Source: an uncultured delta proteobacterium (GTDB lineage: Bacteria > Desulfobacterota > Binatia > UBA9968). From it: a DNA stretch of 64,000 bases. Numbering within the stretch: position 1 is the stretch's first letter; every line of letters starts with the position of its first letter. The notes under the pieces are model-generated. The model was not told the origin of the DNA, ran no database searches, and saw nothing but the letters and a program-made list of their open reading frames with translations. Both the position numbers and the translations under genes were made by a program. This document shows, piece by piece, positions 1-9,918 of the stretch. The DNA is taken from assembly GCA_963760795.1 (NCBI GenBank), contig CAVXEP010000012.1, forward strand, positions 160,001 through 224,000, given 5' to 3'.

Positions 1-75
1 GACACAAGGTTTACCCGAGGCAGTGCAACAAGCCGGAATTACGCAGCCAGCCGCGAACCGAGCTGCTTAACGAAG

Positions 76-873
76 TTAATCGCCGAGATAGAGACCGATC
101 AGCTGACTGCCGTAGAAAAGATACGCCAGCGCCCCCGAGCACAGAAACGGCGCAAACGGCAATGCCAGGCGGCGGCCGGCGCCGGTGGCGACCATCAGGC
201 CGATCCCGATCACCGAACCTAAAATCGAGGCGACAAAAAGCGTGACCGGCACCGACGGCCAGCCGAGGAACGCACCGATCATCGCCAAAAGCTTGATGTC
301 GCCACCGCCCATGCCGTCTACTCCAGTGAATTTTTCGTAGGCCCAGGCCGTGGCGAGCAAGAATCCGCCACCAACGAGAATACCGATGAGCGAACTCAGC
401 GGCGTCGGGAGGATCTCGAAAGAATCGGCAAAAACGAAAAAACCGATGACTGAGAACACCAAGCCAACAACGATCCCCGGCAAACTGATCACATCCGGTA
501 CGATCCGAACGTCGAGATCGATGAACGAAATCACTATGAGCGCCGCGGCAAAGACAAAACTCACAAAAAACGTGTAGCTCAGCCCAAACCAGGAATAGAG
601 CATCACGGAGAGTAGCGCCGTCAGCAGCTCAACGATGAAATAGCGCGGCGAGATACTTTCCTTGCAGGAATGACACCGAGCCCGAAGCAATACATAGCTA
701 AGCAACGGTATGTTATAGTAAAAAGGAATCGAAACCTTACATTTAGGGCAATGAGAAGACGGGTGAACGATCGATTCATCGTTCGGAATCCGGGCGATGC
801 AGACATTGAGAAAGCTTCCGACCATCGCGCCGAATAAGAAAATAATTAGATACATTTCGTTCGATAGCATCAT
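76..873 (-). CDS. pilD: Prepilin peptidase / N-methyltransferase (A24)
   Basis: GSFLNVCIARIP, CPKC and CHSC zinc pairs, ISFID and GMGGGDIKL aspartate motifs, PFAPFL C-terminus. Confidence 0.97.
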   Translation of the reverse strand: MMLSNEMYLIIFLFGAMVGSFLNVCIARIPNDESIVHPSSHCPKCKVSIPFYYNIPLLSYVLLRARCHSCKESISPRYFIVELLTALLSVMLYSWFGLSYTFFVSFVFAAALIVISFIDLDVRIVPDVISLPGIVVGLVFSVIGFFVFADSFEILPTPLSSLIGILVGGGFLLATAWAYEKFTGVDGMGGGDIKLLAMIGAFLGWPSVPVTLFVASILGSVIGIGLMVATGAGRRLALPFAPFLCSGALAYLFYGSQLIGLYLGD

Positions 874-885
874 TTTTAACTCACC

Positions 886-1770
886 ATGAGCACCCCGATG
901 GTCTGCGCTATTGTACTCGACTATTACGGCGCGGAGATAACAAAAAAGTGCTTGATCTCGCTGATCGGCCAGGGGATAAAGACCATCTATGTGCTGGACA
1001 ATTCACAAGCAGGCGAAGCTGCGACAACTCTCGCAAGCACCGTCGATCAAGTTCGCGCCCAACGCGCTGACTTTGCGGTCGAAATCATTTCCGCCGGGAC
1101 CAACCTCGGTTTTGCCAAAGGCGTTAATTTCGTCATCGCCCATGACCAACAAGCTGAATCGCCGCACGACTATTACTTGTTACTAAACAATGACGCGGTG
1201 GCGGGACCGGGGCTGGTGGCCGAGCTACTCCGGGCGTTGGAACACGAACCCGAAGCCGTACTCGCCGCGCCAAGGGTGTTATCGAGCGATTCGTCCAAGC
1301 GGGAGCAAGGCATCTGGTATCACCGTTATCTTGGCTTGCTATATTCACGACCGGGATGGTTTCGCTTTCATTATTTTACCGGTTGTTGCCTGCTGGTACC
1401 CAGTCGACTGGTTAGTAAATCGCCATTATTTGACGAAGCATTTTTCATGTACGGCGAAGATACCGAACTGGCTTGGCGCCTGACCCGCCAACGCAAAAAG
1501 GTAGTATGCGCGACGGATGTCTATGTAAACCATGACTACGGACCCTCCGTTGCGCGATCTAGCTTCTTCTATGAATATCACATGGCGCGCGGCCATCTGC
1601 TCTTGAGCTTGAAGACATGGCTACATCCGGCTGAGATTCCGCTTCTGGTTTTGACCAAGATCGTAGGTCTCGGCGGCCGGGCAATCGTGCGCTGTTTCCG
1701 TTATCGGTCTCTCACTCCACCGTTTTCCCTATTAGTCGCATGGCTACCGCTGCGCGTAAACAAGACGTAG
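886..1770 (+). CDS. Glycosyltransferase family 2
   Basis: NLGFAKGVN, LLLNNDA, FDEAFFMYGEDTEL motifs. Confidence 0.92.
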   Translation: MSTPMVCAIVLDYYGAEITKKCLISLIGQGIKTIYVLDNSQAGEAATTLASTVDQVRAQRADFAVEIISAGTNLGFAKGVNFVIAHDQQAESPHDYYLLLNNDAVAGPGLVAELLRALEHEPEAVLAAPRVLSSDSSKREQGIWYHRYLGLLYSRPGWFRFHYFTGCCLLVPSRLVSKSPLFDEAFFMYGEDTELAWRLTRQRKKVVCATDVYVNHDYGPSVARSSFFYEYHMARGHLLLSLKTWLHPAEIPLLVLTKIVGLGGRAIVRCFRYRSLTPPFSLLVAWLPLRVNKT

Positions 1771-1776
1771 TCCAGA

Positions 1777-2751
1777 TCATCGGACCTTCGAGTGGGTCGG
1801 GCGAGATACAACTCCTTTAGTGACAACCACCGGCCGCCGGGTCCTGCTACGCAAACCTCTGTAAAGACCATAGCGCATGACCAAACGAATGATCGGCGCT
1901 TTGAAGATCCATTTGCAAGTAGATAGCGCGCCTTCTCGCCGACCGACAATGAATTTGACGTCACCCATTGCCTCGAAAACCGCGTAAGATAAGACTCCTT
2001 TGAGAGAGAGTGGAAGTGAAGCAAATTCTCGTATCGACACCCCGTAGTCGAAATGCCGCTGGTAAATCATCGGTAACGGATGATTGTGCGAATGGTAAAC
2101 TACCGACGTCGCCTCGTAGATGATCCAGTAGCCCGACTCGATCGCTCGCTTGCACCATTCCTGATCCTCCACCATCACGATCTTTTCCGAGAAAGGCAAT
2201 CTGTCCAGCGCATCCCGGCGGATACATGAGCTGACATTGGAGAAGGCGATAAATCGAAATAAGCACGCGGCATAGCTCTGTTTCTGAAACGGATCCTGTT
2301 GATCGACCCTCTTGACCGTGCTCAGTGGACCGGCGCCGATACCGATATCCCGAGATTCGATAGGATTACAGTCCGGTCTGGGAACTTGGCGACTATAACT
2401 TCCGGCCACCCGCTCATCTTCCAAAAGCGGGCGAACCAAGTTTTCCAGCCAGTTTTGGTTAGCGGGTTCGGCGTCTTGGGTTAAGAATACAACATAACGA
2501 CCTAAACTGTTTTGAGCCGCCAAATTTCGCGTCCGACCGTGACCAAACTCTAGGTTGGGAATTCGAATGACACGGACGGGATGTTTATTAAGGATTTCCA
2601 GCGTTCGATCCGTGGAACCCGAGTCAATGGCAAGAACTTCATAACTCAACCTCGTTCGCTGCGTGAAGATTGACGCTAGGACCTCCGCCAAATATCGCTC
2701 CCCATTGAAGGTAAGCAGCACTATGGAAATTTCGACGCTGCCACCGCTCAT
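1777..2751 (-). CDS. Glycosyltransferase family 2 (rhamnosyltransferase-like)
   Basis: IDSGSTDRT, FGHGRTRN, FLTQDA, EDQEW. Confidence 0.92.
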   Translation of the reverse strand: MSGGSVEISIVLLTFNGERYLAEVLASIFTQRTRLSYEVLAIDSGSTDRTLEILNKHPVRVIRIPNLEFGHGRTRNLAAQNSLGRYVVFLTQDAEPANQNWLENLVRPLLEDERVAGSYSRQVPRPDCNPIESRDIGIGAGPLSTVKRVDQQDPFQKQSYAACLFRFIAFSNVSSCIRRDALDRLPFSEKIVMVEDQEWCKRAIESGYWIIYEATSVVYHSHNHPLPMIYQRHFDYGVSIREFASLPLSLKGVLSYAVFEAMGDVKFIVGRREGALSTCKWIFKAPIIRLVMRYGLYRGLRSRTRRPVVVTKGVVSRPTHSKVR

Positions 2752-3674
2752 GAAAGAGGCCTTTCCCGCGGCCCGTAACGCTTACGACCGTCAGCCAATC
2801 CTTTGCGGTAGTAGTATTGTTCCAAGGCCGAATAGATCGGAAAAACCGGCAGGAACTTCAAATATCCATTCGCAATCAAGAACCTCATGACTCTGACGGA
2901 GCGAACCGCGTACCGAAGCACCGCACCCAAGTCCCGTGAATTGTTGCCGAGTCGATTTTCTCCTACCGCCCATCGATACTGAAGTCCGTAGGCATATTGT
3001 AGATACTGCACAAACACGCCGTTGTCATAGGAGCGCTTTGCCCAATACTTAAATCGTGCCGGATGAGTGTGATAAACCTCGGCTTCTGGGACGTATTTGA
3101 TTTCGAACTCTTTCGGGAGCAGTTGCGACCAGATGTAATCTTCGGCGAAACTTGCCGTTTCATCGAATGGATATCGTTGCCAAATTTCCCTTCGAATCGC
3201 ACAGTTCGCGTTTGAAAACGGCGGTCCGATTCTGCCTTTTTCGTCCGGTTTGAATGCGGCCAACAACGACCGCTCTTCGAAGGGGTTTAAACCTTTAATT
3301 GGAACCTGCCCGCCGTAGGTGGCGGCAATGCGTGACTTGGGCCGCAAATCCCTGACCATGTGGGCAATCCACCGATCGCTCGTTGGAATACAGTGAGCTG
3401 AGAGGTTTATTAGGTATTGGCCCTCCGCTAATGTTGCGCCCAAGTTGAGCGCGCGGCCGTAACTAAAATCGCGCGCCTCGATTTCATAAAGCCGCACGGC
3501 ATGGGTTCGGACAATGTCGAGAGTCCCGTCGGTGGATCCCGAATCGATCACGATCACTTCGAAGCGAAGATCGACGTCCTGTTGAAAAATGGCTGTGAGA
3601 ACTCGCCCGATCAAGCGCTCTTCGTTCTTACTTCGAATAATGATCGAAATCTCTGGTTTTTGTTTATCGGACAT
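2748..3674 (-). CDS. Glycosyltransferase family 2
   Basis: IDSGSTDGT, FSYGRALNLG, LSAHC, AEDY; 4-bp overlap with next gene. Confidence 0.92.
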   Translation of the reverse strand: MSDKQKPEISIIIRSKNEERLIGRVLTAIFQQDVDLRFEVIVIDSGSTDGTLDIVRTHAVRLYEIEARDFSYGRALNLGATLAEGQYLINLSAHCIPTSDRWIAHMVRDLRPKSRIAATYGGQVPIKGLNPFEERSLLAAFKPDEKGRIGPPFSNANCAIRREIWQRYPFDETASFAEDYIWSQLLPKEFEIKYVPEAEVYHTHPARFKYWAKRSYDNGVFVQYLQYAYGLQYRWAVGENRLGNNSRDLGAVLRYAVRSVRVMRFLIANGYLKFLPVFPIYSALEQYYYRKGLADGRKRYGPRERPLS

Positions 3675-3722
3675 AGTGATTTTCCGAAACCGACCATAAT
3701 CTATGATTGCATGATGCTCGAC

Positions 3723-4460
3723 TCACCAATCAGATTTATACAAGCCGGGGGTAACCTTCGCCGCCGACCAATGACCGGGATTGTCACGCTTTCGCTCGTA
3801 AACGTATCCTCCCCAAAACCACTTCTCGTTCTCTAATGGCGACAATTCTTCCTGGTGGATGACATCGAAACCTTCGCCGCTCAGCACGGCATGCAAAAAA
3901 CTCGCGGTCATTCCCCATATCCAATGGCTCTGATTGACTTGAGAAATATCGAACATCCGAAATTCGCCATGATTCAGCCTGAGCGGGTAAAGATCGTCGG
4001 TATTGCCGGGCAAGTAGATGAGTGCGTTAGGAAACTGCTGTTCGCGCAGCATCGGTTGCACGACGCAGAATCGCTTGTCAATCTTTTCAAGCATAAGGTG
4101 CAACGTATTGAGCAAAGGAGGTTGATGTAACAGGATATCGAAGGCTACTCCCAGATCGAATTTTTCCGCAATGCTTTTCATGAACAATGAATTCGAAAAA
4201 TCCCCTTTGAAGAACTCAATCTGCGGATACTGGAGCCTGGTCTTGAGCCACTTAGCCGTCTCCAACGAATCGACTAAAGCGGCTCGCTTGCAGCCGAGTT
4301 CCAGTGTTTTTTGCGTATAGAAGCCGTCGACCTTCCATATATCGCCGAACACGATGGCCGATTCCGCCGGCATCGCTTTTTTGAGTATGCCTGTTTTGAA
4401 TTGAACCACCGGACTATCAGTCTTGTCGATTCCAAAAGTCTTCAGTAATTGCCTTAGCAT
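3723..4460 (-). CDS. Hypothetical protein, probable divergent SAM-dependent methyltransferase
   Basis: 245-aa ORF in the operon; FFKGDF and FDLGVAFDILLH resemble class I methyltransferase motifs. Confidence 0.6.
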   Translation of the reverse strand: MLRQLLKTFGIDKTDSPVVQFKTGILKKAMPAESAIVFGDIWKVDGFYTQKTLELGCKRAALVDSLETAKWLKTRLQYPQIEFFKGDFSNSLFMKSIAEKFDLGVAFDILLHQPPLLNTLHLMLEKIDKRFCVVQPMLREQQFPNALIYLPGNTDDLYPLRLNHGEFRMFDISQVNQSHWIWGMTASFLHAVLSGEGFDVIHQEELSPLENEKWFWGGYVYERKRDNPGHWSAAKVTPGLYKSDW

Positions 4461-4569
4461 CTTAGTTCTGCCTCGCCTTTAAGGGGTTAGCCCGCCCATA
4501 TTCGCAGCGTGTTTTTTAAGTGTGTTCAATGGGTGCTCGTTCAAAGCATCCTGTGCAAACCAACTAAAA

Positions 4570-5643
4570 TTAGTGGCTCGCCTGAGAATCTCTAAACGGT
4601 TTGAGAAGAGTTCTGTACAAACGGTACGCTAGAGTTTGTCGCACGGCGTCGGCAAAAGTTTGCAGACGCGCATTACGGTCTTGCAGTTGTGCAATCGTTT
4701 CGTCTTTGCGTCTCGATTCTTCTCTCATCAAGGCTCTCAGGGCATTCAACTGTTGCTCTTTTTCGCCGACGACACTTTCCAAGTGCAGGACCTTATCTTG
4801 GTCATGCAATTCAGAAATCAACCGCAAGACGCTGCCCAAGCCGTCCGGGACATTTGTTCCGGTTATGTAATCCTTGGGCGTCGCCAATGGACCCGGTAAC
4901 GGCAGCGCGCGAAGCATGAGATAAAGCAACTTGTCCTCGAGGAGAATGGCGCGTTCGTTGAGCAGCTCTTCAGCCCCTCCGACTTGATGACGTAGGTCGC
5001 CCGCAATGCTTGCTTCGATTTGCGAAACGCCGGCCGCGTGCCGCAAACCACAAAACTCGGAGAGCCGGTTTACTTCCTGGGTCGGTCGACAGAAGTAATC
5101 TTCGTAAAAAGTCAGAATGCGTGAATATCCTTCGGTGCTCCGAATTGCCTGACATGTGTATTGCCGCCAAAGATGGACTGCCCCGGTAATCGATTGCCCG
5201 TCGCGTTGCGCCAACGACCAAGCCACCTCCAAGGGGTTGCGGATACAAATGACATATCGGAGGTTTGGAACGATTCGCCGCCAGAATGGCAGAAGTATCG
5301 TCGTGCGAGGATCCTTCCAACCCCAATGCTTGCAAGCCGCGAAGTCTTTAAGGAGCGCACTCGCCTTCCGGGCCAAATCATCCAAGCCGGGATCTTGCTC
5401 CCAGTCCGATTGGAGCGTCGGGGGACTATCCCAAGAACCGCCCAAATACTTCAGAAGCGCCTCGTTGATTTCGAGGAAGCCCGTATGCTCGAAATGTCCG
5501 AACTGATTGCTCTCGCTGGTGCCCATCAAACGCTCGTCGGGACCTAATGAAAGGCCATGGAGGCGCAGCAAATTGGCCACCATCGAGGTGCCGCTGCGGT
5601 GCATTCCGATGATGCATACAGGCCATTCGTGTGAGTTTTCCAT
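4570..5643 (-). CDS. Sulfotransferase family protein with C-terminal coiled coil
   Basis: IIGMHRSGTS PAPS-binding loop, WGWKDPR, RNPLEVAWSL; heptad-rich C-terminus; start MENSHEW chosen. Confidence 0.88.
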   Translation of the reverse strand: MENSHEWPVCIIGMHRSGTSMVANLLRLHGLSLGPDERLMGTSESNQFGHFEHTGFLEINEALLKYLGGSWDSPPTLQSDWEQDPGLDDLARKASALLKDFAACKHWGWKDPRTTILLPFWRRIVPNLRYVICIRNPLEVAWSLAQRDGQSITGAVHLWRQYTCQAIRSTEGYSRILTFYEDYFCRPTQEVNRLSEFCGLRHAAGVSQIEASIAGDLRHQVGGAEELLNERAILLEDKLLYLMLRALPLPGPLATPKDYITGTNVPDGLGSVLRLISELHDQDKVLHLESVVGEKEQQLNALRALMREESRRKDETIAQLQDRNARLQTFADAVRQTLAYRLYRTLLKPFRDSQASH

Positions 5644-5703
5644 GCCGTTCAGAAGGTCACATTGATCGCACTGTGGAAGCCGTTCGCACCGCAATCGCCC
5701 CGC

Positions 5704-6351
5704 TCAAATGCGATTTGCACGCCGCCTGATCAAGAGCCAGGTCTGCCCGTTCGGGTGAGGCCAATCGATCGTTTCGGCGATGAGATTGTGGGCGCCGGCG
5801 AACTGTTTCATTTGCTTAAGTGTATAGGTGACACATTCGGGATAAACCCAGCCTTCTCCCTGGTAATCCACCTTTCCCGCCACAAAGGTCGCTGCTAATA
5901 CGCCCGTGGGTTGCAGGCTTTGGCCCACCTCGCCGAGGCATTGATGAATTTGCGCCGGGGATGCGTGAGAGAAGATGGACTGAGCCACGACAAAATCAAA
6001 TTGTTGGTTAAAATGAAGACAGTTGAAGTCTGAGTCATGGCTAAACACCGGACGCTTGAGTTGCAGAATTTCTCGACCCAATTCCTTGTTGAGACCTTCC
6101 TCGACTAACCACGATTGTGGTTCTATCCCGTAGTAGTGCCCCGATAGTAGATAGGGAATGAACAATCTCCCAGCTCGCAAAGATCCGCAGCCAATGTCTA
6201 ACAGATAATGAAATTCGCGCAGTCCAAGATGGGTTAGCAAGTTAAACTGCATTGCACCCACCAAGTCATACTTTTCCGGTGGACCGACATAAGCCCGGTA
6301 GTGATGCGCGCCAATAGGCAAGCTTTGGCCAAAGTCGTCCTTGCCGCTCAT
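5704..6351 (-). CDS. Class I SAM-dependent methyltransferase
   Basis: LLDIGCGSLRAG, FDFVVAQSIFSH; start at MSGKDD avoids overlap with wzt. Confidence 0.9.
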   Translation of the reverse strand: MSGKDDFGQSLPIGAHHYRAYVGPPEKYDLVGAMQFNLLTHLGLREFHYLLDIGCGSLRAGRLFIPYLLSGHYYGIEPQSWLVEEGLNKELGREILQLKRPVFSHDSDFNCLHFNQQFDFVVAQSIFSHASPAQIHQCLGEVGQSLQPTGVLAATFVAGKVDYQGEGWVYPECVTYTLKQMKQFAGAHNLIAETIDWPHPNGQTWLLIRRRANRI

Positions 6352-6367
6352 AGCCCGCGCTCCGGAA

Positions 6368-7684
6368 TTATTGCAGTTGTTGCCACTCAATTTCCGATTC
6401 TGGATCGAAAAGACCGACCCTCTGGCTAGCTTCGACAACTTGGAACGGCATGTAATCAAAACGTCGGTCATAGACCACATATTCCTCCGTCTCCCACGCT
6501 CCACAGCCTATGGAAAGAAGATAAGCACCGGCGTTAAGGCGAGCGACTTGCCTGAACACAACCAGGACAACCGCACCCCGTTCTACCTGTCCCATTTCGA
6601 TATTCTGGAACATAGTATTCGTGCCGCAAAGAACCATCCCCTTAGCATCTTTGATAGAATACGCGGCCACGGCAGTCGTCATTGATTCATTGTGACGCAG
6701 TTTGATTTTGATCAGGAATTCGCGATTACGTTCTATGACCTGGATCGGAGCGCCCTCTAAATCGAAAATTCCTGCCTCGAGAATTTCGGCTTTATGCGAG
6801 CCATAGCGGTCTTCGTTCGGATTAACTTTGAACAATCCGTCCCACTCGATGGTCTTTGCACGAGCGACCGACCTTGCCTCATCGGCTCGATTTCCGACGG
6901 ACGCGTAACTTTTAGGACGACTCTTAGAAATCATCCTGTTGTATTCATCAACCGCAGTTTTCGGCGTCCCATGGCAGAGCACATTGCCCTTGGAGAGTAA
7001 CACTGCTCGACTGCAGCGGGAATTGACAACGTCCAGGTTGTGCGTGACGAGGATTATGGTTACGCCTCGCTCGCTGAATTCTCTCAGTTTCCCGTAACAC
7101 TTGGACTGGAATGAGACATCCCCGACCGCAAGCGCTTCATCGATTAGAAAAATATCCGGTTCCGCATGCACTGCAATTGCAAACCCCAGGCGCACGTACA
7201 TTCCAGACGAATAATGTTTAACCGGGCTATCGATGAATTCGTCTAAATCGGCGAAATTGACGATGGCGTCAAATTTGTCAGATATCTCTTCTTTGCTAAG
7301 TCCAAGAATTGCAGCATTCAAGTAAATATTTTCCCGGCCGGTAAGCGCAGGATGAAATCCCGCGCCTAATTCCAACAAGGCACCGACACTGCCGCTGATT
7401 TTGATCGTGCCATGATCCGGGAGGGTAATTCCGTTTAGCAGCTTCAAAAGCGTACTTTTACCGGCGCCGTTTGGTCCGATGAGGCCCAAACATTCGCCGC
7501 GCCGCACCTCAAATGAAACGTCCTCCAAAGCCCAGAATTCGTCCGCTCGCAATTCGCTGGAGTTCGGAGAGATACCTAACAGGTCGCGGGCCACATCCTT
7601 TGCCCCATAGAGCATGGTTCGTTTGAGCGAGCGGCAAAATTTCTTGCTGACGCTCTGCACGTTGATGATAGGATCGATGGACAT
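6368..7684 (-). CDS. wzt: Polysaccharide ABC exporter ATP-binding subunit with C-terminal Wzt_C domain
   Basis: GPNGAGKST Walker A, YSSGM signature, DEALAVGD; long C-terminal extension. Confidence 0.95.
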   Translation of the reverse strand: MSIDPIINVQSVSKKFCRSLKRTMLYGAKDVARDLLGISPNSSELRADEFWALEDVSFEVRRGECLGLIGPNGAGKSTLLKLLNGITLPDHGTIKISGSVGALLELGAGFHPALTGRENIYLNAAILGLSKEEISDKFDAIVNFADLDEFIDSPVKHYSSGMYVRLGFAIAVHAEPDIFLIDEALAVGDVSFQSKCYGKLREFSERGVTIILVTHNLDVVNSRCSRAVLLSKGNVLCHGTPKTAVDEYNRMISKSRPKSYASVGNRADEARSVARAKTIEWDGLFKVNPNEDRYGSHKAEILEAGIFDLEGAPIQVIERNREFLIKIKLRHNESMTTAVAAYSIKDAKGMVLCGTNTMFQNIEMGQVERGAVVLVVFRQVARLNAGAYLLSIGCGAWETEEYVVYDRRFDYMPFQVVEASQRVGLFDPESEIEWQQLQ

Positions 7685-7694
7685 GAAATTGGCT

Positions 7695-8594
7695 CTAAGC
7701 GTAGCCGGCGACACGTGGAATCGTGACGTGAAAAGCGCGCCAACCGCCGAAGGCCAAGGCTAACGAAAACAAGCAAGCCACCGCCAACATTGCCGGTCTG
7801 CTTACGTATCCGATAGCGATCAGATCCTGGGTAGCGTTCACAAAGGGGCTCAACGGATTCAGGACGTTAACCATGAAAAACGGCCAGCGCACCGGCGCCG
7901 GGTAAAGCACGGGGGTGAGAAACATGCCGACGGTAAGGACCATTCCAAGCGCATTGCCGGTATCACGGAACACAAGATTGGCAATCGCCAGGATAAATCC
8001 AAAACCCAACGCTAATAGCATGACCGTCAGAAGTAGCAGCGGGACAAATACAACAGTCCACTCAGGCACCACCCTGTACCAAAAGAAAACCGCGACTACC
8101 GGTAGCAATCGCACACAGAAATCGAATAGCGGTTGACCGAGCGCCGCCATGACGAGTGTCTCCCTTGGGAAACTCACCTTTGTCACCAGGGCGCCGCTGG
8201 CGACCAAACTCGCGGTGCATGCGCTAAGACAACCGGCAAAGAGATGCCACACGCTCAAGCCCCAGAGCGCAAAGGCGACGTAGGGAATGCGAGTATTGCC
8301 GATCGGTAAGACGTGGGACGCGTTGAGAAACGCGAAGGTCGCGACGGTGAAAAGTGGCGGCACGATCGCCCAGACGTAGCCGAGTATCGACTGCCGGTAG
8401 CGCACCGAAATATCCCGCCGCACCAGCAGCCAAATGAGCCGGCGGTTATCGGTCAGCTCTTTAGCCATTAAGCTCCAGCCCTTTGCTCCGTTGCGTTTCA
8501 CGCCGGCGGGCGAATACTCGACCTCCACAAGTGTTGATTCAACTGGCTGTGCGACGGGATCGGCCAGCGGAGCAGACTGGATCGTTTGTTCCAT
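7695..8594 (-). CDS. wzm: Polysaccharide ABC exporter permease
   Basis: RDISVRYRQSILG, TKVSFPRE, FLTPVLYP, LNPL. Confidence 0.95.
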   Translation of the reverse strand: MEQTIQSAPLADPVAQPVESTLVEVEYSPAGVKRNGAKGWSLMAKELTDNRRLIWLLVRRDISVRYRQSILGYVWAIVPPLFTVATFAFLNASHVLPIGNTRIPYVAFALWGLSVWHLFAGCLSACTASLVASGALVTKVSFPRETLVMAALGQPLFDFCVRLLPVVAVFFWYRVVPEWTVVFVPLLLLTVMLLALGFGFILAIANLVFRDTGNALGMVLTVGMFLTPVLYPAPVRWPFFMVNVLNPLSPFVNATQDLIAIGYVSRPAMLAVACLFSLALAFGGWRAFHVTIPRVAGYA

Positions 8595-8757
8595 GGGTAA
8601 AACTTTCCGCGATTATCGGCCCCATTAAGCGTATATCGTCGGAGTAATAACGGTTATTATACGTCCTGTGGCGGTGGATTACTATTTTTTTTTGAACACC
8701 TGGGCACTTCCGGTATATTAAGGTCATCTTTCGAGCGCTATCGACCAGCCAACGGCA

Positions 8758-9918
8758 ATGAGAATCCTCGTCCTCACCAAACGCCAGTATATGGGCAAGG
8801 ACCTCCTCGATGATCGTTTCGGCAGATTCCGCGAGCTGCCCTTGGAGCTCGCGCGACTCGGCCATCAAGTTCACGGCCTGTGCTTAAGCTACCGCGCGCG
8901 CAACGAAGCCCATGTCATCGACTGCACCGCCTCGCGGGATGGCCAAGTCGAGTGGCAATCAGTCAATCTAATGCGTGGCTTCTTGCCGGGATTGCCGGGC
9001 TATTTCCGCCGGGCACGACAACTGATAGGTGAATTTCGACCTGACTTCATTTGGGCTTGTTCGGACGCCTATCACGCGATCTTGGGAGCTCGCCTCGCCC
9101 GCGAGTTTCACTGTGGTTTGGTGATCGACCTTTACGACAACTTCGAAGCTTTTTCCGCGACCAAAGTGCCGGGGGTCTTGTCTATGTTTCGCAGTGCGGT
9201 GAAAGACGCCGCAGGGGTCACCTTCTTCAGTCAACGCCTGGCCGACTACGTCGTCCAGACCTATCCCATGACTAATCCACACGCTGTGATCTTGAGCGGT
9301 GTGCGCAAGGATTTGTTCTATCCGCGGGACAGGCTCACTTGCCGGCGAGAGTTGAAACTGCCAGCCGCTGCCACGGTCATCGGCGTCGCCGGAGCACTCG
9401 ATTCCAGCCGTAGCATCGATAGCCTATTCTCCGCGTTTGCGACATTGGCGAAAGAAATGCCGGATATCCATTTGGCGTTAGCCGGAGCACGCGGCCCGAA
9501 GCAAAAAATACCGAGCGGACCGCGGATTCACGATTTTCAATCATTACCCCACGAACGAGTCCCGTTATTTCTAAATGCCCTCGACCTCGCCGTCATATGT
9601 TATCGCCGTTCAGCTCAAGGCGAATACAGTTTTCCGCAAAAAGCGTACGAAATCATCGCCTGCGGTGTCCCGTTGGTCGCTGCCGCAGTGGGCTCGATGA
9701 ACGAGTTGCTAAAGAATTATCCGGATTGCCTTTTTGAGCCAGAAGATTCAATGAGCTTGGCAAGCACTATCCGATTACAATTGGAAAAAAAGACCGTGGC
9801 GCAAATCGTCGCTCCCTCTTGGGCTGACTCGGCGGCGCACCTGAATAGATTCTTCGAAAATGTCTCCGGCGCGCAGTCTTCCACGCCGCAAAGATCGCAG
9901 GTTGGAGGCGCCGACTAA
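8758..9918 (+). CDS. Glycosyltransferase family 4
   Basis: GT-B fold pattern; FPQKAYEIIACGVP. Confidence 0.88.
   Translation: MRILVLTKRQYMGKDLLDDRFGRFRELPLELARLGHQVHGLCLSYRARNEAHVIDCTASRDGQVEWQSVNLMRGFLPGLPGYFRRARQLIGEFRPDFIWACSDAYHAILGARLAREFHCGLVIDLYDNFEAFSATKVPGVLSMFRSAVKDAAGVTFFSQRLADYVVQTYPMTNPHAVILSGVRKDLFYPRDRLTCRRELKLPAAATVIGVAGALDSSRSIDSLFSAFATLAKEMPDIHLALAGARGPKQKIPSGPRIHDFQSLPHERVPLFLNALDLAVICYRRSAQGEYSFPQKAYEIIACGVPLVAAAVGSMNELLKNYPDCLFEPEDSMSLASTIRLQLEKKTVAQIVAPSWADSAAHLNRFFENVSGAQSSTPQRSQVGGAD

Noticed and set aside
5704-6504. Extended N-termini in the ORF track (6504, 11201, 24065, 60867)
   Set aside because: They overlap neighbouring genes or promoters; downstream starts fit the family domain boundaries better.
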